This document shows positions 30,434 to 41,380 of a DNA stretch of 64,000 nt, one piece after another; position 1 is the stretch's first letter, and every line of letters begins with the position of its first letter. Origin of the DNA: an uncultured Methanoregulaceae archaeon (lineage in GTDB: Archaea; Halobacteriota; Methanomicrobia; Methanomicrobiales; Methanospirillaceae); the NCBI GenBank assembly GCA_963705255.1, contig OY970061.1, positions 256,001 through 320,000 of the forward strand, written 5' to 3'. The position numbers and the translations under genes are program-made. The notes below the pieces were generated by a model. That model had not been told where the DNA came from, searched no databases, and was given only the letters and a program-made list of their open reading frames with translations.

Positions 30434-32857
30434 TTATGAATAGGGGTGGATCTTCCTGAATAAGCGGACCTTGATCTGGTCACTGATCAGGAAGGCCGCC
30501 AGTGCATACCCCCAGACAATAAGTGCAAGTGACCATCCGATTGGCGTCATGATGAAGACCCCATAGATCGCGATGAGGGTCGCTCCTACCTGCGTAAGTT
30601 CAGCCGTGCCAAAAAGAGCAAGCGAAGGAAACGGGCGCTCCCAGAAATGCTGCTGGCCGGTGCGGGCGAGATAAATGGTCATGTGACCGGCGACTGCAAG
30701 CTTGAGGAAGATGAGCGTCTGGATGACCCCGGCATCAAGGTGGAAATATTCCCTTGCCACCCAGAGGAGGATAAAGCTTGAGACAACCCCAAAAATCCCG
30801 AGGATAGTTGCGAGAGTCAGGATGCGGTTCATCTGCCAGCGTACGGGCTTTGGTGCGACCGGTGCGTTGTCGAACGCGATCATCATGATCGGGAGGTCGT
30901 TCAGGATCGCCAGCACGACCAGCATGAGCGCAGTAATCGGGTAGAAATCCAGAAGGACTATACAGAGGGTCAGGAAGATCAGGACCCTGACCGTCTCGGC
31001 GATCCGGTAAACTGCATAATTTTCCATCCGCCGGAATATTTCCCGGCTCCGCTCAATTGCATCGATGATGACCGAGAGCCCGGGTTTTGTTAAGACAATA
31101 TCCGCAGCAGCCTTTGCCGCATCGGTAGCACCGGCGACCGCTATACCGGCATCAGCCTCACGGAGTGCCGGCGCATCGTTCACGCCATCCCCGGTCATGC
31201 CGACAATGTGGTCGCCTTCCTGCAGGATTTTCACGATCTGGAACTTGTTCTCCGGAAATACCTGTGCAAACCCGTCGGCAGCCTCCAGCTGGTGACGGGT
31301 CTCTTCCCCGTCACCGGCAATGAATGCGGACTGGGGAAGGATGTTTGTGCCAAGCCCGACCTGCACGGAGATCTCGTGTGCAATGGCGATGTGATCCCCT
31401 GTCACCATCTTCACGTTCACGCCGAGTTTTTTTGCTTCAACTATCGTGGCTGCAGAATCCTCGCGGGGTGGATCGAAAAGCCCGATCAGGCCAAGGTAGT
31501 GCCATTTCCCGGAGTCATCGGTCTTCGCCACCCCGAGGGCCCGGAACCCTTTCTCTGCAAAACCGGTTACCCACCCGTCCAGTGTTGAGGCAAGAGCCCC
31601 GTCATTCCCGGCAAGGGACGCAATTGCCTGCGGAGCTCCCTTTGCCACGTCGAACGATCTTCCCGAACGTTCCCGGATCGAAGCCTTGGACAATTTCGCG
31701 ACCGGATCGAAGGGGACAAAATCCAGTATTTCAAAACCGGCAGTATCGGGCCGGGTCGTGAGAGTGTCATGCCGTGAAAAAATCGCCATGTCGATGGGAT
31801 CATTGCTCTCTTTTCTGGAGGCCAGTGCCGCTGCACTAACGACGTCCTGTTCCGAAACCCCGGGAAAGGTCCTGACATCTCCGACGCTGATGGAATTCTG
31901 GGTAATGGTCCCGGTTTTGTCGGAACAGAGAATATCCATGCCGGCCATCTCTTCGATGGCGGTGAGCCGGCTGACAATCGCCTCCTTTTTTGCAAGGGCC
32001 ACGGCCCCGGCGGCAAGTGTCACCGTCATTACCGCGGGAAGTGCTGCGGGAATCGCCGCTACGACCAAGATGAGGGCAAACTGAAGGGTGTCGAGAAAGG
32101 ACGCGGATCGTAAGAGTGCAACGATCAAAACGATGCTGACCAGAACAATAGCAAGGATGATGAGATAGTTCCCGATCCGCTCGACCGCTGCCTGGAAATG
32201 GCTTCGCGGGGGTTTATTCTGGACAAGCCGGGCGGTCTTGCCAAAGTAGGTATTTCCCCCGATGGTCGTGACCCTCGCATCCATCTCGCCCTGGCGTGCG
32301 ATCGATCCGGAGAATACGGTGTCGCCCGGCTTCTTCTCGACCGGGAGGGATTCGCCGGTCAGGGCCGATTCATCGAGAAGAAGGTATTTCCCGGTACCCA
32401 GTATCGCGTCTGCCGGCACGATGTCGCCGAGCCGGATATGGACGATATCCCCGGGCACGAGTTCGCGGGCCGGGATCTCCTGCCATGTCCCGTCCCGGAG
32501 AACCCGGGCGTTGGGGGCGAGCCGCTTTTTAAGAAGTTCGATAGCATTCTCCGCTTTCCGTTCCTGGAAAAACCCGACGACCGCGTTGGTCATGAGCAGG
32601 AGGAGGATGACGGCAAAGTCCTCCCAGTGTGCAATAACCGCCGAGAGGATAGCGGCAGCCTCGATCATCCACGGGATCGGGCCCCAGAAATAGGACAGGA
32701 ACTTGAGCAGCGGATGCTTCTTCTCTTCAGGGATATCGTTGAAGCCGTACCGGCTTCGGAGGTCAGCGACCTCGGCACTGGTCAGCCCTGTCCTGGATCC
32801 CTGAATAGGTGCGGGTGAATCTGGTGCTCTATCCGGGGGTAGGGTGCCGCTCGCCAT
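30434..32857 (-). CDS. P-type (IIIA) plasma-membrane H+-ATPase
   Basis: FWGPIPWMIE, TGES, IPAALP, CSDKTGT, GDGVNDAP, ILNDLP. Confidence 0.95.
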   Translation of the reverse strand: MASGTLPPDRAPDSPAPIQGSRTGLTSAEVADLRSRYGFNDIPEEKKHPLLKFLSYFWGPIPWMIEAAAILSAVIAHWEDFAVILLLLMTNAVVGFFQERKAENAIELLKKRLAPNARVLRDGTWQEIPARELVPGDIVHIRLGDIVPADAILGTGKYLLLDESALTGESLPVEKKPGDTVFSGSIARQGEMDARVTTIGGNTYFGKTARLVQNKPPRSHFQAAVERIGNYLIILAIVLVSIVLIVALLRSASFLDTLQFALILVVAAIPAALPAVMTVTLAAGAVALAKKEAIVSRLTAIEEMAGMDILCSDKTGTITQNSISVGDVRTFPGVSEQDVVSAAALASRKESNDPIDMAIFSRHDTLTTRPDTAGFEILDFVPFDPVAKLSKASIRERSGRSFDVAKGAPQAIASLAGNDGALASTLDGWVTGFAEKGFRALGVAKTDDSGKWHYLGLIGLFDPPREDSAATIVEAKKLGVNVKMVTGDHIAIAHEISVQVGLGTNILPQSAFIAGDGEETRHQLEAADGFAQVFPENKFQIVKILQEGDHIVGMTGDGVNDAPALREADAGIAVAGATDAAKAAADIVLTKPGLSVIIDAIERSREIFRRMENYAVYRIAETVRVLIFLTLCIVLLDFYPITALMLVVLAILNDLPIMMIAFDNAPVAPKPVRWQMNRILTLATILGIFGVVSSFILLWVAREYFHLDAGVIQTLIFLKLAVAGHMTIYLARTGQQHFWERPFPSLALFGTAELTQVGATLIAIYGVFIMTPIGWSLALIVWGYALAAFLISDQIKVRLFRKIHPYS

Positions 32858-33221
32858 AGATAACGATCTCTTGGTATATCTGCCATACTAAACCCACGAT
32901 TTCATATAATTTTCGATACGTGCAGGATGCATCTTCTCGTGATCCCGGAAGAGCCGGATCCTCCATCCATAATGTTTCAGGATTTGTCTCAAAATCTGAA
33001 TCTCATGGCAGATCCTATCATATCCCTAATCAATACCCATGGCAGGTAAGACTTATTCTCGCCTCGGGAATTCCGGTGATACCGGGATGATCGGTTAAAG
33101 GGCCAGCTCAGTCCGGTAAAAACAACTGGGCTGATCAGCAGTGGAAAAAGAGACCTGAACGGGAGTGTCAGGGCATGACGGTTTGTCTTCAGGGGAAAAA
33201 ACAGGTGGAGGAATAGATCAA

Positions 33222-34676
33222 ATGCCAGAAGTATGTATAGGATTTGAGGTGCACCAGCCGTTCCGGCTCAACCGGCACTTCTCACCGGATCCGAAGAAGA
33301 AGAAAAAAGAATTGTTTGAACTTTACTTTGACGAACTGAACCGGGAAGTGCTGGACCGGGTATCTGAAAAGTGTTACGTACCCGCTACGCAGATCATTCT
33401 CGAAAAACTGGACGAGGGGTTCAACTGTGCGTTCTCCCTCTCCGGGACGCTGATCGAGCAACTGGAAAAGTGGCAGCCGGATGTCCTCGCCCTCTTTGAC
33501 CAGGTTGCCCGTCACCGGAACTGCGAGCTGCTCGGGCAGACCTATTATCACAGCATTGCCGGTTGTTTTGGCGACAAGTCGGAATTTATCGACCAGGCAG
33601 GGATGCACGCGGACCTGATGTACGATCTTTTTAAGATCCGCCCCACGGTCTTCGAGAACACCGAGTTCACCTTCAACAACCAGATCGCCACCCACGTAAA
33701 AGAGATGGGCTATGCCGGTGTTTTTACCGAGGGTGTGGACCGTATCCTCGGCTGGCGCAGCCCGCACCATATCTATACCTGTAACGAGCTGCCCGTTCTC
33801 CTGCGCGACACCCAGCTCTCCGACGATATTGCGTTCCGGTTCGGTAACCAGGGCTGGGACAAGTACCCGCTGACTGCAGACACCTATGCGGACTGGCTTG
33901 CCGGTACATCCGGGGAACTCGTCAATATCTTCCTCGATTACGAGACCTTTGGGGAGCACTTCTGGAAAGAGACCGGGATCTTTAACTTCCTCTCCTACCT
34001 GCCCGCCGAACTGGAGAAGCGGGGGGTTAAGACCGTCCTCCCTGCAGATGCCCTGCTGCAACATGCGCCGATCGGCACTATCGATGTCTCCACTACCATC
34101 TCGTGGGCCGATATCGAGAAGGATGCATCGGCCTGGATGGGCAACGAGCGGCAGCATACGGCCTATTCGGCGGTCCAGAAAGCGGCGGCCTTTGCCAAGG
34201 ACAAGTCCATCTGGCGGTATCTCCAGACAAGTGACCACTTCTATTACATGGCCTCCAAGTACGGGACCTGCGGCGAGGTGCACAACTACTTCAGCCACCA
34301 TGAAGCCGAGGATGCGTTCAGGACGTACATGGCAATCCTTGCCGACTTTGAGAAACGCAACATCCGGGTCATGAAGAACCGGAGATCGGCAAAGACGCTC
34401 CGGACCCTGGCACCGGAGGAGGCGTTCCATTTCGCCTCGCCCAATGGGTACGTGGGGTATGCAGCGTATAGTCTTGACCAGTTCTGTGACCTGCTCCGGG
34501 TGGTGCCGGCCGACTCGATCGCGTACCATCAGGAGCGGGGGGATATTGCGCACTGGATCGAACATACGCTGGACGATCAAAAACTGGCCGCCGGTGTCAG
34601 TGGCCATACAGACCGGCAGGAACTTTTGGATGTGATCAATGGGCGGAGGGAGTTGTTATGGAGTCACTTAAGGTAG
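33222..34676 (+). CDS. GH57 alpha-amylase-family protein with C-terminal DUF5752-like domain
   Basis: FEVHQP, QTYYHS, NTEF, DYETFGEH, LQTSDHFYYM. Confidence 0.92.
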   Translation: MPEVCIGFEVHQPFRLNRHFSPDPKKKKKELFELYFDELNREVLDRVSEKCYVPATQIILEKLDEGFNCAFSLSGTLIEQLEKWQPDVLALFDQVARHRNCELLGQTYYHSIAGCFGDKSEFIDQAGMHADLMYDLFKIRPTVFENTEFTFNNQIATHVKEMGYAGVFTEGVDRILGWRSPHHIYTCNELPVLLRDTQLSDDIAFRFGNQGWDKYPLTADTYADWLAGTSGELVNIFLDYETFGEHFWKETGIFNFLSYLPAELEKRGVKTVLPADALLQHAPIGTIDVSTTISWADIEKDASAWMGNERQHTAYSAVQKAAAFAKDKSIWRYLQTSDHFYYMASKYGTCGEVHNYFSHHEAEDAFRTYMAILADFEKRNIRVMKNRRSAKTLRTLAPEEAFHFASPNGYVGYAAYSLDQFCDLLRVVPADSIAYHQERGDIAHWIEHTLDDQKLAAGVSGHTDRQELLDVINGRRELLWSHLR

Positions 34677-35797
34677 CGTTCTTCTGCTGGGAGTCGATGT
34701 ATGCCGAGCGGGTGGGCGGCCTTGCAAATGCGGCTACCAACCTGGCCGAGACCCTGGCTAAGAATCACGAGGTGCATTTCTTCACCCGGGGATGGATTCC
34801 GGACCAGACAATCAACAGTGTCTCGTACCATTACTGCCGGCCCCATGGTGGTAATACGGTACAGTACTGCGAGGAGATGAGCAACGGGATGGTGGAACAG
34901 TTCCACCAGTCCGACAGGAATGAAAAATTTGATATCCTCCACTTCCATGACTGGCACCCGATCCCGGCGCTCCACCGGCTGCAGGACCGGGACACCATCC
35001 TCACGTTCCACTCTACGGAATACGGCAGGAACGGCAACCAGTATGGTGACTGGTGGGAGTACCGGGAGATCTCCGGCAAGGAGTGGTATGGCGGGCTGAT
35101 TGCCAAGAGGGTGACCGCCGTCTCCACGGTCATGAAAAACGAGGTTATGCAACTCTATAACGTGCCCGACTGGAAGTGCGATGTGGTTCCGAATGGCATC
35201 GTGCCGCGCCAGTACCGTGCCTATCTCGATGCAGGTGAGGTGAAACGGGCCTACGGGATCCACCCGTTTGCCCCGCTGATCCTGTTCATTGGCAGGCTGG
35301 CCTACCAGAAGGGCCCGGACCTGTTCATCGAAGCGATCCGGAAGGTCTGCCAGCACCGCTGGGATGCAAAGGTGATCGTTGCCGGTGACGGGGGGATGCG
35401 ACAGTTCCTCCAGGAGCGGGCACGGGACCTGCCGGTGAATTTCGTCGGTTATATTCCGGATTCGGAGTATATCCGCATCCTGAATGCATGCGATCTTGTG
35501 GTGATCCCGAGCAGGAACGAGCCGTTCGGTCTTGTGCTTCTTGAAGCTTGGAGCGCAGAGAAACCCGTTGTTGCCTGCGATGTCGGCGGTCTCTCGGAGA
35601 ACATCGACTCGTTCGTCAACGGCATCAAGGTGCAACCGGATTCTGAATCGCTGGCCTGGGGGATCAGCACCATGATAGAGGATCCCATGAGTGCGCAGGT
35701 CCAGGGAAGACGGGGGAGAACAAAGGTGGACAGGCAGTTCCTCTGGGACCCGATCGCGACCCGGATGGCAAATGCCTACACAAAGGTGAGCGGGTAA
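34658..35797 (+). CDS. GT4 glycosyltransferase (glycogen synthase-like)
   Basis: VGGLA, HFHDWH, GRLAYQKG, PSRNEPFGLVLLEAW. Confidence 0.92.
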   Translation: MESLKVAFFCWESMYAERVGGLANAATNLAETLAKNHEVHFFTRGWIPDQTINSVSYHYCRPHGGNTVQYCEEMSNGMVEQFHQSDRNEKFDILHFHDWHPIPALHRLQDRDTILTFHSTEYGRNGNQYGDWWEYREISGKEWYGGLIAKRVTAVSTVMKNEVMQLYNVPDWKCDVVPNGIVPRQYRAYLDAGEVKRAYGIHPFAPLILFIGRLAYQKGPDLFIEAIRKVCQHRWDAKVIVAGDGGMRQFLQERARDLPVNFVGYIPDSEYIRILNACDLVVIPSRNEPFGLVLLEAWSAEKPVVACDVGGLSENIDSFVNGIKVQPDSESLAWGISTMIEDPMSAQVQGRRGRTKVDRQFLWDPIATRMANAYTKVSG

Positions 35798-35860
35798 ACC
35801 TGGAACCATGCTTTTGAACTGTTTTGGAATACGCACTTTGCGGTGTGGCTCATGTGCTGA

Positions 35861-36049
35861 ATGATGATGGAGGTGGAGGGCTATTACCTGCAGGAGCGCA
35901 GGTTTGGCTCTATGAGCCGGGTTGTCCGTCCCGCTGCCCGAAACGGTCACCGAGAAGGGAGTAACTGCGACATTTTAAAAAATGGTGTTCTGGAGATTCA
36001 ACGGAAAAAACAGAGAAGGAAACTCAAAGCAAAGATCGTAACTGAATGA
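35861..36049 (+). pseudogene. Hsp20 C-terminal remnant
   Basis: YYLQERRFGSMSRVV...LKNGVLEI, frame-disrupted and lacking the N-terminus. Confidence 0.7.
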
Positions 36050-36095
36050 TTCCTTTTTTTTGATGGATATGAGATATGGGCTACCATATCCGGCG

Positions 36096-37757
36096 TCACC
36101 GCGGTTTGTAGAGCATGGTATCTGTAACATCTTCAAGGGTCTCCAGTACTCCGATAACATTACCCACTGAGTCCCTGATAACCGCCGCGGTGAAGTACAG
36201 CCATATTCCTTCTTTTCCCAGTTTCGGGAAAAAATCCGTGGCTTCATAAGCACCTTCCACCAGCCGCGATTTGCTGGATTTTTTCCCGTACCACCGGGGG
36301 ATCTCATCTATTGCATTGTCGATAACCAGGTCAGCCAGGCATGGCCGTTTTTCATCGTAAAACGCTCTCCAGTGCTGGTCGGTCCCGATTACGTCATCCG
36401 CTTTAATCCCGGAATATTCTTCGAGGGCCCGGTTCCAGAAGATGATAGCATGATTTTTATCGATCATGAACTGTGGGATGGGAGAACCCTGCAGCACAGC
36501 ATTCAGCAGGATTTCACGTTCCCGGTATTCGGCCTCGACTCTGCCGGTAATATCCCGGAAGATCCCGAGTGCATTCCAGATGCCCTTGAAGTGGAGGGAT
36601 GTCAAGGACATCTCCAGATGAATTGCTTTTCCGGAGCTGCCCTGCATATGCAGTTCGCAGGGACATCGGGAGAACGGGCCTCCGTGTGATCTGAAAAAGA
36701 TCAGGAAATTGGATTTGTCCATGTCGCGGGATTGCTGAAGGGAGAACAGGGAAAAGAAGTTATTCCTCATAACGTTATCAGAATTCATGCCGAACAGTCT
36801 CTCTGCCGCCGGATTCCAATACCTGATGATCCCGTTCTGGTCAAGAAGCGCGATGGCGTCGCTGGCCCCGTCCGTGATGCCATGGAACAGTTCCTCGCTC
36901 TCTTTGATCTCCTTCTTGGCGAGGACTTTCTCGGTGATGTCATTTCCTACGACAATATACCCGGCACGGGTCCCGTCTTCCCCGGTCAGTTCCCGGGTGT
37001 TCCACGAGATATGCCGGGTAAAGCCGCTTTTTGTGCGGATCCGTGTCTCATAATTTTCCAGTGCCTTGTTATTCCGGATTATATCCCTGATCTTCCTTGT
37101 GACTTCCTTCCGGTACTCGATATCCGGGTAAAGCCATTTCCACACCTCGTTCCTTCCTATGACCTCGTCCCTGGAATATCCGGTAATCTCCTCCGCCGCC
37201 TTGTTCCAGATGACGATATTATTATGGGTATCAAGAAATGTCATCCAGAGTTTTGCGTTGATTATCACGCTCTTCTGGAACTCGGCATACCGGTGAATCT
37301 CGTTTTTTGCTTCGGCAATGGCCGTTATGTCATCCCCGATGACAATAAAACCTGCACTCTTACCGTCATCCCCTGCAAGTTCCCGGGTATTCCACGAGAT
37401 TCTCCTCGTACCTCCGTTCTTTGTACGAATTGTGGTCTCAAAATTCTCAAGGTTTTTTTTGCTCCTGATGCTTTCCACTATCTTCTCAGTGACCCCGCGG
37501 CGGTAACCGGCATCCGGATAAATCCATCTCCAGATTGCAGTATTCCCCAGCACTTCCCCGCCGGAATAACCGGATATTTCCTCTGCTGCCCTGTTCCAGA
37601 TAACGACACGCCTGCCGGTATCAAGAAACATCATCCAGAGCTTCGCGTTCATGATGATGCTCTCGAAGAACCGGGTCAGATCATTATTTTTCTGGGTAGA
37701 TGCCCATTCCGAAAAAACTCCTTCTGTTTTTTTATCCGGGATGAATTGCTCTTCCAT
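36096..37757 (-). CDS. stand-alone protein of four PAS domains
   Basis: Four repeats of the WN.AAE/WN.ALE...DIT/DVT pattern; no output domain. Confidence 0.9.
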   Translation of the reverse strand: MEEQFIPDKKTEGVFSEWASTQKNNDLTRFFESIIMNAKLWMMFLDTGRRVVIWNRAAEEISGYSGGEVLGNTAIWRWIYPDAGYRRGVTEKIVESIRSKKNLENFETTIRTKNGGTRRISWNTRELAGDDGKSAGFIVIGDDITAIAEAKNEIHRYAEFQKSVIINAKLWMTFLDTHNNIVIWNKAAEEITGYSRDEVIGRNEVWKWLYPDIEYRKEVTRKIRDIIRNNKALENYETRIRTKSGFTRHISWNTRELTGEDGTRAGYIVVGNDITEKVLAKKEIKESEELFHGITDGASDAIALLDQNGIIRYWNPAAERLFGMNSDNVMRNNFFSLFSLQQSRDMDKSNFLIFFRSHGGPFSRCPCELHMQGSSGKAIHLEMSLTSLHFKGIWNALGIFRDITGRVEAEYREREILLNAVLQGSPIPQFMIDKNHAIIFWNRALEEYSGIKADDVIGTDQHWRAFYDEKRPCLADLVIDNAIDEIPRWYGKKSSKSRLVEGAYEATDFFPKLGKEGIWLYFTAAVIRDSVGNVIGVLETLEDVTDTMLYKPR

Positions 37758-38241
37758 TATTCCCTCCTGGTATCATCTCATTACCAGACCTCTGGACAGC
37801 GGATCTGCATTACTGAATGACAAAGTGTTTACCGACCTTACTGTTTATCAACGTTTGGTTTGATCCATGTCCCGCCGTTCTTGACGGCCTTTAGCAGGTG
37901 ACCGGGTTTTCATTCCGTCAGGAGTCTGGCTACCCTCCATGAAATGAGACAAAAAACCCGGTAAGCCCTCACAATTTCCGGAAGTTGAAATGACCGGGTA
38001 TCGATGAAATAGTGTGCGGAATACGCAGACGAACTGATTTTTCATTTGTACCGGACAGGCTGCCGGTGACGGTCCATTAGCCTGGAAACTCCCTGCCCTC
38101 AGGATCGGCCGCACAGTTCATCATCTCACCGATCGCCTCCGGTTTTTTGTTCTCCCTTGCTCTTGCCCGAGATGAAACCAGCAGGGATCCCCCCGTGGCG
38201 TCTCCTCTTTTCCGGTGGGAGTGCCGCCGTTCTGGCGAAAT

Positions 38242-38631
38242 TTACCAGGCTATGTTCTCTTCGAGAATCTGCTGCCGGCGTATCGCCCAGAGGATGATCG
38301 ACGCGCTGATGAAGGCGAGGAAGAACGCGAACCGGTAGAGAATTGCCTGGGATACCGCCACTCCCTGGGGCGAGACGAGAAGACCGCCGACCAGAAAGAG
38401 CAGGGTTACGGCACAGACCGTGGGAATTGCATAGTACCTGCTCGACCAGAAGGACAGGACGAGGGGAATGAAATAGAGCAGCCAGACCGGCTCTCCGAGA
38501 GGCGTAATCGTATCGATCAGGTAGACTGCAACGAGTACCAGTACGACGATAATAACAATTCCAAGATCCGATGTAAGAGAACTGAATATCTGTGTTACCG
38601 GTGTCTGGTTATGACGTCTGGCTGATGGCAT
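38242..38631 (-). CDS. small four-TM membrane protein (sensor N-terminus-like)
   Basis: IDTITPLG..VWLLYFIPL hydrophobic pattern. Confidence 0.6.
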   Translation of the reverse strand: MPSARRHNQTPVTQIFSSLTSDLGIVIIVVLVLVAVYLIDTITPLGEPVWLLYFIPLVLSFWSSRYYAIPTVCAVTLLFLVGGLLVSPQGVAVSQAILYRFAFFLAFISASIILWAIRRQQILEENIAW

Positions 38632-38691
38632 GGAACACTCTGTCTGGAGCGGGAACAGGTATTTCCAGAATATAGTATCGTATTCCGGGAA

Positions 38692-38895
38692 GTGTTAAAA
38701 ATCCTTGCGATCTTTCTGGAATATTCGGTCCGGTTTGTGCATCCCGATCTCCCCGCGCAGGACCGGGAGCAGGAATACTGTATGACCCTGTACAATGCGC
38801 TCCTCTACCTGTATGCTGCAGCCTGGGACCGCTCCCCGGCCGACCGGGACCGGCTCCTGCACCTGAAGGACTTCGCCCTGAAACTGGCGTCGTGA
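38692..38895 (+). pseudogene. 3' fragment paralogous to 27066-27899
   Basis: EQEYCMTLYNALLYLYAAAWDRSPADRDRLL..DFALKL vs EQEYHTTLYNALLLLYAVAWNRSGADRDRLL..DFALKL. Confidence 0.85.
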
Positions 38896-39459
38896 TTCCG
38901 GAATATCGCGTAGTTTTTTATTCCTCTGCGTATAGCCGGAAGAAGATTGATGATCCGGTTGAAACCTCCACTCTCACGGCAGGATGAACGCCGCCGCAGT
39001 CGAAGATTGATATCTTCTCCACAGCCTGCGGCTGCCCCCAACGGGGAGCCAGCCATGACCAAATGGTCAGGGGCGGCTGGCTGAAGAAAATTCTATTAAG
39101 AATTTTCGACTCGCCCCCGCGGCGGATCAGGGACTAAAAATTCTGAAAACCTTTGTGCCCTGCCGTGCCTCTTCTCTTACGAGATTCGGCAAGTCGAAGA
39201 ACCTGATGGTTCTTCTCCCGTCTCATTCCTGCGGAATTCGACGCCTCGGAGAGGCCCTGAGACGGGGGACACTCCCGAATTTTACACTATTAACCAATTT
39301 TCACGAATCTTGAACGGACCCTCTTGGCCCATATTTCCGCACTTGCCGAAAGGGACAGCGCAAATCATTTCCGAAACCTTCTTTTCACCCCAGTCCCACT
39401 ATCGGTTATGCGTGGGCCGGCCGGGCGCCGCCGTGCGGATACTCTCTGAGGTGTGTGGC

Positions 39460-40041
39460 ATGATCGAGAAGCTGCTGTTGGGGAACCTGAGGTTCCGGGA
39501 ATCGGATTTCACCACAAATATCGATTATTACCGGGGACTGGCCGGCAGCCAGCACCCGACGACGCTCTGGATCGGGTGCTCGGACTCGCGGCTCCAGACC
39601 GGGCACATCACCCAGGCCCGGGCCGGCGAGCTCTTCATCCAGCGGAACATCGGGAACATCGTCCCGATCCATGACTGGAACTTTGCAACCGTGCTGGAAT
39701 ACGCGGTGGTGCACCTGGAGGTGAGCGACGTGGTCGTCTGCGGGCACTCGAACTGCGGGGCGATCCGGGCGCTTGATAAGGAGAGCACGGACGCGTACAT
39801 CCCCCTCTGGCTGAACAATGCCCGCGAGGCGAAGGAGCGCGTGGACAGGAAGATCAAGCTCCCGGAGACCATTCCGGAGCAGGAGGCGCGGTACCGCCTG
39901 ATCGAGCAGGAGAACGTGCGCCTCCAGCTGGAGCACCTCTCCACCTACCCGCTCCTGAAGAAGGCAGTGGACGAGAAGCGGGTGGAAGTCCACGGCCTCT
40001 ACTACGACCTCGCGACCGGCGCGCTGACCCGGGTGACGTGA
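39460..40041 (+). CDS. beta-class carbonic anhydrase
   Basis: IGCSDSR, RNIGN, CGHSNCGA, HGLYYDL. Confidence 0.95.
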   Translation: MIEKLLLGNLRFRESDFTTNIDYYRGLAGSQHPTTLWIGCSDSRLQTGHITQARAGELFIQRNIGNIVPIHDWNFATVLEYAVVHLEVSDVVVCGHSNCGAIRALDKESTDAYIPLWLNNAREAKERVDRKIKLPETIPEQEARYRLIEQENVRLQLEHLSTYPLLKKAVDEKRVEVHGLYYDLATGALTRVT

Positions 40042-40076
40042 GGCCGATCCCGGAACGTTCCCCGGGTCCCGGTCCG

Positions 40077-40553
40077 TCAGCGCCGGATCCCGCCGGCGAA
40101 CTTCTCCAGCGTCCCCGCAAACGATCCCCCGTCCACATCCTTCTCGATGGTGGACGCGGACGAGACGAACCTCATCCCCTTCTTTTCGAGCGCCTTCCGG
40201 ACCACGACGATCGCGGTTGCGTCGCCGCGGCCGCCCATCTCCACGAGGACGTGGAACGGCTTCCCGTTCCCGCCCGTGACCGAGGCGAGGTACTCGTTCA
40301 CGAACGGGGGCACCTTCCCGGCCCAGACCGGGCTCGCGATGACGAGGGTGTCCGTGCCGGAGAGATCGCTCTTCACCGGCCTGATGGCCGATCTCATGCC
40401 AAAGAAGGCTTTCAGCGCGTTGCCCGCGATGCCGCTCTCCCGGGCCGGCTCAATCCGGACCAGCTCCGCGTCCAGGAGCTTCGCGAGGGCCGTCGCGACC
40501 TTTTCGGTGTGCCCTTTCCATGAGTAGTAGACGATAAGAGTTGCCATGCTCAT
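40077..40553 (-). CDS. flavodoxin-family protein
   Basis: VYYSWKGHTEKVA, SPVWAG. Confidence 0.88.
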   Translation of the reverse strand: MSMATLIVYYSWKGHTEKVATALAKLLDAELVRIEPARESGIAGNALKAFFGMRSAIRPVKSDLSGTDTLVIASPVWAGKVPPFVNEYLASVTGGNGKPFHVLVEMGGRGDATAIVVVRKALEKKGMRFVSSASTIEKDVDGGSFAGTLEKFAGGIRR

Positions 40554-40632
40554 TTCCCATCTTCCATCGGGAGACAGGGGCAAAAAGGTTCCGGTCTTCG
40601 GGCGGCCGCCCCGCCGTCAGCCGGCAAAAAAG

Positions 40633-41283
40633 TTACGCAGTCCCTGCGCTGTCATAGACCTGGCAGAGGTAGCGCGCCTCGAAGAGGACGATGAAGGGTA
40701 TGAGGATGAACAGGATGAGGAATCCTACAAACGGGATAGCCATGCAGATGACTTCTACGATGCCGATGATGACGATCATGAGGATGAGGGCGACGATGTA
40801 GGAGAGCCAGCCGATCTTCCCGATCGTTGCAAGGATCGCGCCGAAGTTGAAGGCCTCGCCCATGCTGCCCGTCCGGGCGAACCGGATGATCCCGATGGCT
40901 TCGAACAGGGCGATGATAAAGGCTACAATATAGAGGATAACGATGCCGATGAGGAACCCGCCGACCGCCGCCATTGCCGCGGCCCGGTTTCCGGAGATCG
41001 CCGCCATAACGACCGGTGCAATAGCTATGAAGGCTATGATGATAATCGGGATCGCGTAGATGAGTCCGATAATGAAAAGCTTGATCCCATCGATGAACAG
41101 GGTTGCCCAGCCGGTGACCTCCGGGGCCGGTTTTTCCCCGCGGAAGATCTTCAGCTTGTACCCGAGCAGGGGCAGGGCCAGCAGGATCGTCGCGACCAGC
41201 AGCAGCACCCATCTCTTCCATTTTCCGACAAGACCTTCCTTTGCATACCCGAAGGCTTCACCTAGCATTTTTCCGTATTCCAT
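40633..41283 (-). CDS. DUF4013-like membrane protein
   Basis: LLGYKLKI.RG..PAPE..W..LFIDG; FARTGS.GEAFNF. Confidence 0.8.
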   Translation of the reverse strand: MEYGKMLGEAFGYAKEGLVGKWKRWVLLLVATILLALPLLGYKLKIFRGEKPAPEVTGWATLFIDGIKLFIIGLIYAIPIIIIAFIAIAPVVMAAISGNRAAAMAAVGGFLIGIVILYIVAFIIALFEAIGIIRFARTGSMGEAFNFGAILATIGKIGWLSYIVALILMIVIIGIVEVICMAIPFVGFLILFILIPFIVLFEARYLCQVYDSAGTA

Positions 41284-41380
41284 GTAAATCACCACTATAC
41301 AGGATTGTTTTTTGTTCCGGGCCTTAAAAACTGGTCGATTTAATATTTTGCCGGAGGGAAAAAAGGGTTGTGCTGTTTTT

